Origin: Felis catus
Lineage: Eukaryota
Direction of reading: 5' to 3'
NCBI RefSeq assembly: GCF_018350175.1
Contig: NC_058368.1
Span: forward strand, 25,608,001-25,672,000
Length of the DNA: 64,000 nt
The first letter of the stretch is position 1, and each line of letters opens with the position of its first letter. A program made the translations under genes and the position numbers. Below are positions 25,165-38,318 of this stretch, in pieces. The notes beneath the pieces were generated by a model. That model ran no database searches and had not been told where the DNA came from. It worked only from the letters and a program-made list of their open reading frames with translations.

Positions 25165-25695
25165 ATGAAAATTTGGCAGCTAGTTCCTCAGGTTATCAAA
25201 GCTATGAAGTGCCTCAACAATTCCACTCCCAAAAGAAATAAAATCATATGCTCATGCACAAACCTGTACATAAACGTTTACAGTAACTGTATTCATAATA
25301 GCCAAAAGCAGAAACAACAAAACGTTGTAGATCTACATAACGGTATACTAGTTGGCAATAAAAAGCAAGGAAATACTGATACAAGCCACAACATGGATGA
25401 AACCTGAAAATATTATGCCTAAATGAAAGAAGCCAGTGATAAGAGATCACATATTATATGATTCCAAGTGTATTAAATGTCCAGAGTAGGCAAATCTATA
25501 CAGATAGATAGAAAATAGACCAGTGTTTGCCTGGGGGGTGCGGGGTGGGGGGTGAAGGTGGGGTAAAGGGGAGTGACTGCTAATAGGTATGGGATTTCCC
25601 TTTGGGATGAAGAAAATGTTCTAAAATTAATTGTAGTGATGGTCACACAAGTCTGTGAATACATTAAAATCCACTGAACTGTAATTGAAAAAAAT
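25165..25695 (+). mobile_element. L1 (L1MB/MC-like) 3' fragment
   Basis: acaacatggatgaaacctgaaaatattatgcctaaatgaaagaagccag...gatgaagaaaatgttctaaaatt. Confidence 0.88.
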
Positions 25696-26751
25696 ACAAA
25701 TATAATCTGTACTGAAAATAAAGGTTTTAAACTGGGGTGGGGGGCGAGTGACCTATCTAGCTCCTAACAACAAATTAAGAGAACACCATTTTTTATTACC
25801 AAATTATGATGAGTACAGTAACACTGCCAATCAACAGTAGCTAGCTCTGTGCATTAGTCTGTATGTACTGGAAAATATGATGGCATCAGAATACTGGTCT
25901 TGGGACACTGTAGAAGGAATGGCTCTACAAAGCTGCAATACAGAACTGACACTACAAGGTCTTCTGCCAACAGGCTTATCCTCTGGTATCTCAATTCTCC
26001 TGTCAGATAGAGAAACTGGGAGGCTGTGAACACTTATCTAAATCCACAGAGTCATGCTCTCTCTAATGCTAAGACCAATCTAAAGACCAGTGAAATTCCT
26101 TTCCTGAGACAATTTCCATAAGGACCATAAGCCTAAAAGCAAATCCTTCTAGCCTGTTCAGAGACTAAATAAAGAAATCAGTAGAAGGCAGTTAATAAGC
26201 TTAAAAACTTACTTTAACTTCCCTTCAAATCAAATGGTGCTGAAGGGTGGGGAAGGAGATTTTATAAGTAATGATAGTTTTCAGATTAAATATAAATTTT
26301 AAAGTCCATTGCTTAATTAAAAATTCTATGTAAATTTTGCATATAAAAAATGCCCAATTCTCTTTACTGGGTGCTTGTGTTAAATACTGCTTTTATCTAC
26401 ATAATATTTCACGTAAAATATGGACTCAATTGGTTATGTTAGTAAATTCACCCCGAATTTTACCTCATTCAGAAATATGGTAAAAAATGGGGGGGGGGGG
26501 GAGTGAAACAAAGCATATAAGTTAAAGGAGAAAATGCTATAGATTTAGATGCTATAGATTTAGAAAATGCTATAGATCTAGAAGTTATTAAAATCTTCTA
26601 CAAATAAATATTAAAATTTCATAAATGTGTTTACATTTCATCCATTTATATTTAATACAATTCAAATAGTTGATTTATTTTAGTATGACATTTTATATTC
26701 TAAAGCTTAAAATATATTAGGTTCTACATCATTAATTAGCAAATAATTATT

Positions 26752-26980
26752 ATTTTTGTATTTTTTAAACTTTTTTTTTCAACGTTTATTTATTTTTGGG
26801 ACAGAGAGAGACAGAGCATGAATGGGGAGGGGCAGGGAGAGAGGGAGACACAGATTCGGAAACAGGCTCCAGGCTCTGAGCCATCTGCCCAGAGCCCGAC
26901 GCGGGGCTCGAACTCACGGACCGCGAGATCGTGACCTGGCTGAAGTCGGACGCTTAACCGACTGCGCCACCCAGGCGCCC
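26752..26980 (-). mobile_element. Young Can-SINE (SINEC_Fc)
   Basis: CpG-rich full body. TSD agcaaataattatt. Confidence 0.97.
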
Positions 26981-27019
26981 CAGCAAATAATTATTTTTTA
27001 AAACAGAAGTCTTGAGGGG

Positions 27020-27123
27020 GTGCTGTCAGCATAGAACCCAATGCGGGGCTCGAACTCACGAACCACGAGATCATGACCTGAGCCAAAGTCGGACACTTGA
27101 CAGACTAGGTCACCCAGGTGCCC
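27020..27123 (-). mobile_element. Can-SINE 5' half
   Basis: gcggggctcgaactcacgaaccacgagatcatgacctgagcc. Confidence 0.88.
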
Positions 27124-27704
27124 TAGTGGCCTTTTTTTAGTAGTATCATTCAAAAATAAACACTTCCATTTATAGGAAAAACGAACTAAAAGGGAACGTG
27201 TGAACAGAAAGGAAATGATAAAGATTTCAGAAAAAAAAAGTAAAAAAAAGGAAAGTATATTCAGAACAAAACACTGTAATAAAAACACCACTTATTAAGT
27301 AGTAAATTTGGGAATATGCTTCAGACATTAAAAATACCTATTTTTATTTTGGATTAGGAACGGAATGAGCTAAGATAAAGCTTAGATCCCATTCTCTATG
27401 TACCTGGCTTAGATCAATGATGATGATTCTTAGTAATACAGAAATGACAAAGCCTGAGAGAGACATTAGTGTTTTTCCCCCCATTAAAAAAGGGGGTTAC
27501 TGTTGTGAGAAAAATATTTTCCTTGCTTATCTACATATACAAGCACATGTCTGAATACAGAAGAGGCAACATGGTAAGAGATATTCCTAGAGTGAAGTCA
27601 GGACAATTGGGTTCAAGCCAGTAGGGAACTCATTCTCTGGGTCTACAAGTAAGAGAGACTAGATAATCTCTAAGATCATTTTTACCTTTAAGATCCTGAG
27701 TCAG

Positions 27705-27706
<2 letters not shown>

Positions 27707-27750
<44 letters not shown>
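27707..27750. repeat. (CA)n microsatellite
   Basis: About 22 perfect units read directly. Confidence 0.95.
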
Positions 27751-27751
<1 letters not shown>

Positions 27752-28004
27752 GACATCTGTATATGTATATATGTAGATAATTTATATGGTATATATGTAT
27801 CATAATTTACAAGATTTATATGTCATGAAGAGGAGACATGAATACTGTCGTCTGGCTTGAACAATTTAGGAAATAGTGGTCCCTAAATGGGGACCTAAAT
27901 GGGGAAGACAGAAGAGAAAATAAATCAAGAGCTCTGTTTTGAACATCCCAAATGTGAGATAATGAAATGATTAACATTGACTGGGTGCTAACTTCATACC
28001 AGGT

Positions 28005-28674
28005 GATGTGGGACAAAGGTGGGAAAGGTAGTGGGCTCTGGCTGGCAGAGTACTCATAACTCCATCCTCTTGGTTCAGGAATGGGCACACAACCCCCAAA
28101 AGATCAATTAACATCTTCCCTGGGGCTTTTATTAAAATAATTAGGGCAAATATTCCCTTTTTTCTTAGAGGCTGCTAGCTGTGAGGTGTTTGAGGAGGCC
28201 ATTTTGGCTATCATATGGCAAGATCCCGCCTAAGAGTAAAGATAACACATAAGAAAGAATAATGAGGGCACAAATGTGGAAAGATGGGAAGGGACAGTTC
28301 TAAAGTTCTAACTAATATTAGTGGCTGTAGCCAGTAATGTCTAAAGCTAGATGCATTCCTGAACTTCCCAGCTACATGAGCCAATAAATTCTATTTTTGT
28401 TTAAGTTAGAGTTGAGTTTCTATTTTTTCTTTAAAGTCTATTTATTTTTGAGAGAGAGAGAGAGAGGGGGGGGGGGAGGGAGGGAGGGAGGGAGGAAGAG
28501 GAGAATCCCAAGCAGGCTCTGAGCTGTCAGCGCAGAGTCCAATGCAGGGCTTGAACTCACAAACCGTGAGATCATTACCTGAGACGAAGTCAGACCCTTA
28601 ACCCACTGAGACACCCAGGCGCCCCTTGAGCTGAGTTTCTGTTCTCTGCAACTAGAAGAGTCTCAACTAATTCA
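28005..28674 (+). mobile_element. MaLR LTR (MLT1-like) split by a SINE
   Basis: ttcccagctacatgagccaataaattc...gagttgagtttct | SINE | gagctgagtttctgttctctgcaactagaagagtctcaactaattca. Confidence 0.75.
28423..28625 (-). mobile_element. Can-SINE
   Basis: Full body. TSD gag(t/c)tgagtttct. Confidence 0.94.
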
Positions 28675-28701
28675 CGTATCTACAATAGCATATACAAACT
28701 C

Positions 28702-28799
28702 TTTATTTTAAGTAAGCTCTATACCCAACATGTGGCTTGAACTCAAGATCCCAAGATCAAGAGTCACATACTTCACCGAATGAGCCAGGTGGGTGCCCC
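28702..28799 (-). mobile_element. Short Can-SINE
   Basis: agtaagctctatacccaacatgtggcttgaactc...agatcaagagtc. Confidence 0.85.
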
Positions 28800-28833
28800 T
28801 ATAACAGCATATACTTATAAATAAAAAAATTTG

Positions 28834-29050
28834 GGGGTGCCTGGGTGGCTCAGTCGGTTAAGCGGCCGACTTCGGCTCAGGTCATGATCTCGCGGTCCAT
28901 GAGTTCCAGCCCCGCGTCAGGCTCTGTGCCGACAGCTCAGAGCCTGGAGCCTGTTTCAGATTCTGTGTCTCCCTCTCTCTGACCCTCCCCCCTTCATGCT
29001 CTGTCTCTGTCTCAAAAATAAATGTTAAAAAAAAATAAAATAAAATAAAA
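28834..29050 (+). mobile_element. Can-SINE (SINEC_Fc)
   Basis: Full length. TSD aaataaaaaaatttg. Confidence 0.96.
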
Positions 29051-31190
29051 AATAAAAAAATTTGTTTGACAGGAGAAATACTCAGGTCATACTTTCCAGA
29101 CATTTTATCCTTAAAAACAAGCCTACCTTCTTGTATCCAAATTTTGCTTCAATTACTTCTGTTCACACTTTTACTTTAAGTCTGTCTAGAAACAAATTCT
29201 GAGGATTAGGTTAACATTGCCTTATTGCTGCAATGGCTTTGTTTATTGAAAGCCCACTTTGTGCAAATAAGCAACTGCCTGCTGAGCAATGTTTAGTGCT
29301 GGGACCTTGAAATATGGGCACCAAATTCCTTCAAAGCCAAAGCCACACAAATGTTTTCCTAGATTTTCCTGTGAATTTGAACTTACTTTAGTAAAAAGCA
29401 TGCTAAATTGTATAATTAAACAATGGTCTGCTGGACTGACATGACTGGGGACTGCTGATTCAGAAGGAATCATCAATAATTAAAGATCAACTTCCCTAGA
29501 TCATGCCTGGAAACTGGGTGGATACAGAACAAGAAAATTAAAGAGGTTTGGTTATAACCAGAGCTGATTTTCAAGGATACTTTTGGCAGAAAAGTATGAT
29601 TCAAGGAACACTGGTAAATGGCTGCTATGCTAGAGAGAACACAGTGTCAAGGCTCAAAACGGTCTTGGCAGTTTGGTGTTTCAAAGGGAGCAATTAGGTA
29701 CAGCTCTGAATGGTTTAAATTTTGAAGGAAATGCTGTGTATTTCTATTTTACAGATATAATAAGATATGAAGAAAGGCTAGACATAACAAATTCAAGGTG
29801 AAAGATCAAATACTGCATGGGAGAAATAATAGGCTTCCTCTGGTATTTCACATTAAAGCCCAAATTTAAATCATATAAAAACATCCCTTTAAATGGATAT
29901 CATGTTTCTGACTTTACATCAATTACCAGAGCTTGGCCTTTTAAAATTGGCTTATTTACCCTTGATGAGTAACTTTAACTCCTTGATTGTTCATGCAAGT
30001 CGCATGCCAGCCAATGACAGAAAAGGTCTGGCCATGAGGACAGTTTCTCTGATCAATAATTTTGCTCATGGAAGTGAAAGTTTTTAGGAAGAAGAATACA
30101 GAGAGTAAGAACTGCAAAAACAACAACAGTATCTCGGGTCCACCCAATGTGTCAAAAATTACACTCTGAAGGTCAGAAAGCAGATGGGAACTTAAGAATA
30201 TGGTAGCAGTGTTAATGAAATAGAGGATGTGTTAAAGTAATAGAGTTCATGGCTGGAAATCTGTTATCAAAGGGGGCACTGGGGGCCATCAGAAAATGAG
30301 AGAAAGTCATTAAATGCATATACTAAAGAGGTGATTAACACAAACAAGATCTCTTTTCTCCTCTTTTACACAGGGACTCAAAAATTGGTTTGTGTTAAAC
30401 ATCAAATGTATTTAAGTACCCTGTCCAGGCTAAATGGCAGAGCTGGGACTTGAACTGAGATGCCATTACTCCAAATCCACCACTATTTCCATCACACCAG
30501 GAAGCCCCTTTCCTGGATCACTAATCTTCATGCTATACTGGGTTCTTTCATTCTTCTGGAATTGCTCAGATTAAGATCAAATTAGTAAGGGTATACTGAT
30601 GACCATGAGTACAGACTCACTTACGTCCGGTGAACCTGTTAAAGGGGATAGTTATCTATACAGAGGAAAGCTGAACTTGGGCCACTTCGCAGGTCAATGG
30701 GATTTGCTTATTCAATTCAAATACGAGAGGGAGGTGGAGAGGAGATAAAATAGGAGACAGAGAGAGAGAGAGTCACAGATATCGGGTTGGAAGGGAGCAC
30801 AGTGACTATCCAGTGTTCCTCAATTTTAGGAAAGGAAGTAACTCCCCCAGATCCCAGTGGGTAGTAGGTAAATGGCAGAACCCAACCCAAGCTGACCCCT
30901 TCCTGCCCCCTCCTCTAGGCGGAGATAACTAAAACCCTGGCGTTCTACACTTAGTTGAGACTGGCTCTCTGTCTTCCTTCTCTTGCCAAAAATGACATGA
31001 GGCCTGTCGAATCCATCTGAATCCACCAATTCATCTAATATTTACTGGATTTCTACTATGTTTACATTGTAGAACATATGAATATTTAGGGATATGACTA
31101 ATACACAACCCTCCTTTAAGAACCTTATGCTTGCTGAGGCAAATTGCCTCTAAACAAAAAGACAATTATAAAATAATTTAGTTTCTAGAT

Positions 31191-31335
31191 CAGTGGTTCA
31201 CAAGCTCTTTGAGGTTCCCAGACCTTCTATGAGAATCTGATATTAACTATGATCTGCTCCCCAGAAAAACCCACATATTTTTGCACATATTCAGAAGACT
31301 GCTGGATCTCCTAAAGCCCATCTACTGACCATGAG
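31191..31335. mobile_element. hAT-Charlie-type MITE relic
   Basis: cagtggttcacaagctcttt...gaccttctatgagaatctgat. Confidence 0.5.
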
Positions 31336-31412
31336 GTAAGCAGCTCATTCCTTCCTTCTCCTCTCCCTTCCCTTCCCTTTCTTTCTTCTTCTTTCTCTCT
31401 TTCTCTCACTTT

Positions 31413-31603
31413 CTTTTTATGTTTGTTTATTTTTGAGAGAGTGAGTGAGTGGAGGAGGGCGGAGAAAGACAGAGAATCCCAAGCAGGCTCTGCAGCTGTC
31501 AGCACAGAGCCCGACATGGGGCTGGAACTCACGAACCATGAGATCATGACCTGAGCCAAAACAAAGAGTCAGATGCTTAACCAACTGAGCCACCCAGGCA
31601 CCC
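31413..31603 (-). mobile_element. Can-SINE
   Basis: Body ending gagccacccaggcacccc, with a pyrimidine-rich degraded tail at 31350-31412. Confidence 0.93.
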
Positions 31604-31731
31604 CTAAGTAGCTCTATTTTAAGAGATTCACTGAGCACCTCTACATAAAAATTATCTGAAACACCAAAACTGAGAGAAATACTAGTTATTCCTTTTCTCT
31701 GACACAAAATGAATTTTAAAAATAGTATATT

Positions 31732-31960
31732 GGGGCCCCTGGGTGGGTCAGCTGGTTAAGAGTTCCACTTTGGCTCAGATCATGCTCTCACAGTTCATGG
31801 GTTCGAGCCCTGTCGGGCTCTGTGCTGGCAGCTTGGAGCCTGGAGCCTGCTTCAGGTTCTGTGTCTCCCTCTCTCTCTCTTGCCCCTCCCCCACTCGTAC
31901 CCTCTGTCTCTCTCAAAAATAAATACACGTTAAAAAAAAGTAAAAAAGATAAAAAAAAAA
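31732..31960 (+). mobile_element. Can-SINE
   Basis: Full body and A tail. TSD aaaaa(t/c)agtat(a/g)ttg. Confidence 0.93.
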
Positions 31961-32135
31961 CAGTATGTTGTTCCACGTTAAGAAATTGGGAAGCAAAGAA
32001 ATTGTTTTCTCTAGTATCATCTAAATGTCCTTCTACATACAAATGCTTATTTTCCTGTATCTAATGTGTGTGTGTGTGTGTGTGTTATTCCATGAGAATA
32101 TACTGTCTGCATTCAGCTTCTGGAATGGCCTTTTT

Positions 32136-32175
32136 GTGTGTGTATGTATGTATGTGTGTGTATATATATACACAC

Positions 32176-32206
<31 letters not shown>

Positions 32207-32233
32207 CGACATATATATATATATATATATATA
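32136..32233. repeat. Compound (TG)/(TATG)/(TA)n microsatellite
   Basis: Read directly. Confidence 0.9.
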
Positions 32234-33378
32234 CGACACAAGGATAAACTTCATTAAATGTAGAAAAAACACAGCTTAGCTAATGAATTATTCTATTTCA
32301 ATTTTTAAAAATCTAGTTTGAAATGCTGTGTCTAAGGCTTTGATGGTGAAGGGAGTGAAGTCGTTAAGAGGAGCTGATAATGGCAGCATGAGCACTTGCC
32401 TCCTATTAAAAAAAAAGTATTTAGATCTTTTGGAATTTAATTTCTTAATAAAAAAGTGAAAGATTGAAATGTAACAGTGAAATCTGCAGAAATGGGACAA
32501 CTACCATCAATATTGATATTTCCTAAAGCTTTGAATAAGTCAGAGTGTAAAAGGACAGAAAATAAAAGAGATTCCATTTAATTTTTAAAACCCTATAAAT
32601 AAATACTGTTACAATTCAATTCTCTGCTTTGCTAATGTTAGGTGTAAGAAAGTGAAACAGCAGGAAACGTGACTCAAAGACTGGAGAAAAGGGACTTGGA
32701 TTCCTTATTTGTTACCAGTGTTTTAATGGATTAGAAATACAAATTGTTAGCAAACAGGCACAAAAGTCTGGAGCAGGGACGGAAAAATGATTATTTATAG
32801 TACAAACTTTCTAAAACATCAACTTAATAAATTTTTCCTTAAAAATGGAGAACGGACCAACCCAACCACAACCTCAACCAACACTGGGGTAGTACACAGC
32901 TCAAGTGTAAAAGGACCTAATGTTAGTGCTAGGTAAATTTTGATTAAAAAAAAAAAAAAAAAACCCGCAAGACAGAGATGAACACCCTCATCATGACAAA
33001 TCAGTATGGCTCTTAAAGGAATGCAGTTCTTCTAGAAGGCACATTTTCAAATATATGAAAGAAGCTGAGCGCTTTTGGAGGGAGGTAGGGGAACAAATGA
33101 AAGACTAGGCTTGATGTCAAGGGCTCAGTCAAAAGAAGGGTATATCTACTTTATCTTCATATGGAACTATTAACATTAATGTATTTGAAATCTAAAATAA
33201 TGAAGCTGATGTCACCAAAAAATAACCTGTATTAAGACATCTTTCCTGAGTGTTGAAATAAACCCCGACATTAGTATAGGTGCACGTGAACTTTTTCATA
33301 TACGATACCCTTCTCTTCAGAAACGTCATCTAAATGAAGCAGGACATATTTAAAGGATCAATGTGAGCATATACATAC

Positions 33379-33522
33379 CACAGGTTGTTTTGTGATGTCC
33401 ACCAAGTCCTTAAGATTGTAATACTGATGTTTCTCAAATGCTGAAAATAGCATGTCTAAAACGTGTTGTTTATCAGCTCGAGCTCGTTTTCCATCTTCTT
33501 TCTTTTTCCTTTCATATTCAAT
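33379..33522 (-). CDS. GTF2F2: GTF2F2 penultimate coding exon (probably exon 7), 144 nt, start of the C-terminal winged-helix domain
   Basis: gcacctag|ATT GAA TAT...CCT GTG|gtatgt. Translates IEYERKKKEDGKRARADKQHVLDMLFSAFEKHQYYNLKDLVDITKQPV, phase 0/0, in frame with both neighbouring exons. Confidence 0.98.
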
Positions 33523-34427
33523 CTAGGTGCAAAAAGCAAAAGTAATAAAGGCATCAATCCAACATTCTCACTCTGAAATATAAGCATTCTCTTTTTATCA
33601 CCCAAAAATATGATTAATTTCAAGCTGTAAGGCTACAGTTTAAAGAGCAGTTCAGACTGCTCCTGGGGCTCCTCAGAACTTGAAGGCTCTAAGAGGTATC
33701 AACATGCTATCTGTAAACCACTTTCATTATTTCCAAAAGCTTTATATAATGCCTCCATTTGCCCCCAAATAGCCTTTCTGTGCCAAATTAGAAATCAGTG
33801 TGGCTACTGATTTGCTCATGGTGATCAGAAAGTCCAACTTGCAGTTCCTTTGTTTTTATTACCCAAAATACAGTAAAATAGTTTATCTAATAGAAACAGT
33901 TTGGTAGGTAACATCTTTCAAAATTGAGGTTTTTTGGGACAGACAGAAGATTAAAAAGCAGGCATATTATGAAGAGGTTCTCTAGGAAGTGAAAAGTTTG
34001 AAAAGCAGTGGTAAAGAGAAAAGAATGTAGGCAGACAGGAGGCCTTTTCTCTTCCCGACATTGCGTGACCTCCTTGAACACATAAAATGAAGTAAGCTTA
34101 CTAACAGAAAATGGTAATAATACATACTCTGTAGTCAAAGCACAAGCAAACTATTTTCCCCAAATCCCCATTTTATCTTAATTCATGTGAACTCTAAATT
34201 CAGCTGTATAATACACCTTCATTTGTAACATAAAAATAAAATACCTCTCATTCAAATAAAAATGACACTCTAGGATCAAATGGTGTTGTTTGTCCTGTAG
34301 TTCTATGTACCTTTATTCATGCTAGATTGAAAGCAGTGGCACTAAGAGAAGGTACAAACTTTCTCCTCGTGTTATCCTCTAGAGATTTCATCAGTTGTAA
34401 AAAAAAAAAAAAAAAATTACTTAAAAA

Positions 34428-34612
34428 TTTTTTTTAAATGTATTATTTATTTTTGAGAGAGTGCAAGTGGGGGAGGGGCAGAGAGAGAGAGGAAGACAGA
34501 GGATCCAAAGCAGGCTCTGTGCTGACAGCAGTGAGCCCGACGTGGGGCTGGAACTCACAAACCATGAGATCATGACCTGAGATGAAGTAGGAGGCTTAAC
34601 TAACTGGGCCAC
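34428..34612 (-). mobile_element. Can-SINE (slightly 5'-truncated)
   Basis: gagcccgacgtggggctggaactcacaaaccatgagatcatgacctgag. Confidence 0.92.
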
Positions 34613-34629
34613 CAAAATTACTTTTTATT

Positions 34630-35900
34630 AGGCAAACTACTGAATGGGAGAAGATACTTGAAACTGATATATTAGATAGGGAGTTAATATCCAAAACATA
34701 TAATGAACTTTTAAAACACCAAAAAAAAAAAATTTAAATAATCCCCCAAACCCCCAATCTGATCAAAAAATGGGAAGCAGATCTGAACAGACATTTATTC
34801 CAAAGACATACACATGGCCAACAAATACATGAAAAGATGCTCAAACCACTAATCATTAGTGAAATACAAACTAAAACCACAATGAGATATCACCTTACAC
34901 CTGTCAGAATGGCTAAAATCAGAAAGACAAGAAACAACAAGCGTTGGCAAGAATGCAGAGAAAAGGGAACTCTAATGCACTGCTGATGGGAATGTAAATT
35001 GGTACACCGTGAAAAACAGCATGGAGGTTCCTCAAAAAAATTAAAAATAGAAGTACTGCATGATCCAATAATTCCACTATTGTTTACCCAAAGAAAAAGA
35101 AAACACTAAATCAAAAAGATATATGCATCCCTATGTTTGCCGCAACATTATTTACAATTAGCCAAGATATGGAAGCAACCTAAGAGTCCATCAACAGACA
35201 AATGGTAAGAAGAAAAATATATACACAATGGAATATTATGCAGTCACCAAGTCACATCATTATGCATGATGAGATCGTGCCATTTGTGATAACATGGATG
35301 GATCTAGAGGGTATTATCCTAAGTGAAATAAGTCAGACTGAGAAAGACAAATACCATGTAATTTTGCTTATGTGGAATCTAAAAAAACAAATGAGTAAAC
35401 AAAAAGAATCAGACCTAGAAATGCCAGAAGGAAGAGGGGAAGGAGATGTGCAAAATGAATGAAGGAGAGTGGGAGATAAGAGGCTTCCAGTTATGGAATG
35501 AGTAAGTCACGGGAATAAAAGGTATGACATGGGGGGCTGCCTGGGTGACTCAACAGGTTAAGGGTCCGACTCTTGGTTTCAGTTCAGGTCACTATCTCAC
35601 AGTTTGTGGGTTTGAGCCCTGAGTTGGGCTCTGTGCTGATACTGAGGGGACTGCTTGAGATTCTGTCTCTCTCTCTGCCCCTTCCCCACCTGTTCTCTCA
35701 AAATGAGTAAGTGAACATTTATATATATATAAAAAGGTGGGACACAGGAAACACAGTCAGTGATACTGTAATAGTGCTGTATGGTGACATGGTAGCTATG
35801 CTTGTGGTGAGCACAGCACAATGTCCAGAGAAGTGGAATCACTATGAAACTATACACCTGAAACTAATCACATTGTGTGTCAGCTGTACTCAAAAGAATT
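34630..35900 (+). mobile_element. L1 ORF2 C-terminus and 3' UTR relic, interrupted by a SINE
   Basis: aaaaccacaatgagatatcaccttacacctgtcagaatggct. Translation EIVPFVITWMDLEGIILSEISQTEKDKYH. Confidence 0.95.
35532..35735 (+). mobile_element. Can-SINE inside L1
   Basis: gcctgggtgactcaacaggttaagggtccgactcttgg. TSD-like ataaaaggt(a/g). Confidence 0.9.
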
Positions 35901-36000
35901 TTTAAAAACGTATTCTTCATTGAAAACATGCAACTTATATTCACTCATTTCAGCTGGTTAAGCTTTTAATTTTTAATTATTTTTTATTTTTAAAATAAGC

Positions 36001-36160
36001 TTATTTATTTTGAGAGAGGGAGAGAGAGAGAATCTCAAGCATGCTCCATGCTGTCAGCACAGAGCCCGGCAGAGGGCTTGATCTCACAAATTGTGAGGTC
36101 AGACCTGAGCCAAAATCAAGAAAGAGTTGGACGCTTAACCCACTGAGCCACCCAGACGAC
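36001..36160 (-). mobile_element. Can-SINE
   Basis: ggacgcttaacccactgagccacccag. TSD-like aagcttttaa. Confidence 0.9.
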
Positions 36161-36356
36161 CAAGCTTTTAATTTTTTAAAGAAACATTTCATTTTAATAA
36201 GGCATTGTGATAAAGCATAAAGCATATTAGAGGAAATATACATATATATATATATATATACATATATAGCAGCCCACCTAGTAAATAAAGGCAGGCTCGA
36301 TGAAAGCTGGCAGAGAACATTCTCCTGTGCATCAACTGGAATTAATGTAGGAGAAA

Positions 36357-36454
36357 GGAAGAAAAGAAGGAAGGAAGGAAGGAAGGAAGGAAGGAAGGAA
36401 GGAAGGAAGGAAGGAAGGAAGGAAGGAAGGAAAAGAAAGAAAGAAAAGAAAGAA
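36357..36454. repeat. (GAAG)n/(GAAA)n purine tract
   Basis: Read directly. Source of the LPSF-repeat ORF. Confidence 0.95.
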
Positions 36455-36839
36455 ACGTATTTCAAAACCTACAGCTAAATTACTGCATAAATGCCACCCT
36501 CATATAGTTAGGCTTACTCTCTATATTTTACAATAGAGATTTGTTATAAGAGAGATAAAACTTAGTTTCTATTGATGTTAAATAGAGAAGAGCAGTGTGA
36601 CTAGAAGAGTCAGAAGCAAGACTGGAGAAGATATAGACCAGAGCCACTAAGGAGAAGATCCAAGTCTTCCCAATATGGGGAAGATGTAAAAAACGGATGA
36701 AAACATGCATTTAAGGGCAAAGGCAGAAATACAGTGTCTGTCCCAATTCAGTGGGAGATGAACAGACAGCAAAGAAAGGGATGGACCTGAGGTCCATTTA
36801 AAAATTTTCTCTCTCTAGGATCAAAAGGAGGACAAAAGT

Positions 36840-36945
36840 GGGGTGCCTGGTTGGCTCAGTTGGTCGAACACGCAGCCTTTGAACTCGGGGTCATGAGTTC
36901 AAGTCCCACCTTGGGTGTAGAGCTTACTTAACAAAAGAAAAAGAA
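36840..36945 (+). mobile_element. Short Can-SINE
   Basis: ggggtgcctggttggctcagttgg...gagttcaagtcccaccttgggtgtagagcttactt. Confidence 0.85.
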
Positions 36946-37221
36946 GGATAGAAGCAAGAGAATACGCACATCATGGAGAAAGTAAGCTTGACACACCAGG
37001 ACAAAACACACAAATCCAAGCAGGAGTGTCTTTGGGTCAAATAGAGAAATATCATGGAATGCCTTAAGGGATTACTATTTTAAGTCCTGCTTTGTTGAGC
37101 AATGTCTAAAATATATTATGTTCCCTGTTTACAATTGTACTTAGTTTGCATCCTGAAACCCCCTTCCACTCTTGCACCTCATTTGAATGGTTTTATGTTT
37201 TGTATTAAGATGAACAATCCA

Positions 37222-37430
37222 GGGGCATCTGGGTGGCTCAGTCGGTTAAATGTCCGACTCTTGATTTCAGCTCAGGTCATGATCTCACAGTTTTGTGAGT
37301 TTGAGCCCCGGGTCCCGCTCTGCGTTGGCAGTGCGGAGCCTGCTTAGGATACTCTCTCTCTGTCCCTCCCCCACTTGTGCTGTCTCCGTCTCTCTCAAAA
37401 TAAGCACTTAAAAAAAAAAAAGAAAGAAAA
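37222..37430 (+). mobile_element. Can-SINE
   Basis: Full body and A tail. Confidence 0.94.
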
Positions 37431-37882
37431 GTCTGGGCTAGGAGATGAAGTTGTTATAATCCTTTACTCTAGTCAAGCGTGGGATAAAAAAAACTTAACT
37501 TGGATCTAGAAAAATAAAGGGAGACATAATCAGATTAAGAAAGGGTGAGGAAAGCCTACTGCCTTCTCATAGGCTTGAGTGGGATGTGGGATTTCATTTA
37601 GCTGGAGGCCACAGGTCCTCAAGAAAAATACTACCAAGGAAGTGAGGACTGAGTGAAGGTCCAGTGTTGGCTTCGGTACTCTCTGCGTGCAGCCACAGTT
37701 GCATGATATTCTGTGTGCCCTCCTGTCCCAGCTTTAATTTATGCCGAGAAGGTGGAAGAGTTAAATTCAGGAGACAGTAAAAATAAGCGATGGTACATTC
37801 AGCTTCCACCCTTAGGAGACTCTTCCTTGTGTGAAATGCCTGGAGAAGCGAGGAAGATTAACAGGAAAAATGTTTTCAAATA

Positions 37883-38318
37883 CAGACAATCCCCAACTTA
37901 ACGATGGTTTGACTTATTTTTCAACTTAATGATGGTGTGAAAGCAATATGCATGCAGTAGACACTGTAAGTGGAGTTTTGAATTTGGATCCTTTCCCGGG
38001 CTAGCAACATGCTGTGCAATCCTCTCTCACGGTGCTGCGCGGCGGCAGCCAGCTGGAGCTCCAGGTCAGCCACGCCATCACCAGAGTGAAGAACCCCTAC
38101 CCTCACAGCCACAGTACGGTACTCAATACATTACGCGAGATGGTCGACAGTTCATTATGATTTGGCGGTAGAGGATTCTGCCCAAATGCAGGGAGGCTAA
38201 TGCGAGTGTTCTCACCACATTTAAGGTAGGCTAGCCTACACTATGGTGTTGGTAGGTTAGGCGTATTAAACGTATTTTCAGTTTGGACTGAAACCCCATC
38301 AAAAATTGAGGAAGAGCT
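37883..38318. mobile_element. Tigger-family MITE (MER47/Tigger5-like)
   Basis: ta|cagacaatccccaacttaacgatggtttgactta terminus and tttaaggtaggctag...ggtaggttaggcgtattaaa internal motif. Confidence 0.8.

Noticed and set aside
26531..26582. Three copies of atgctatagat(t/c)tag
   Set aside because: A simple local slippage duplication in AT-rich intron with no sign of function.
36001..36465. 154-aa ORF with LPSF repeats
   Set aside because: Translation of (GAAG)n, (TA)n and a SINE.
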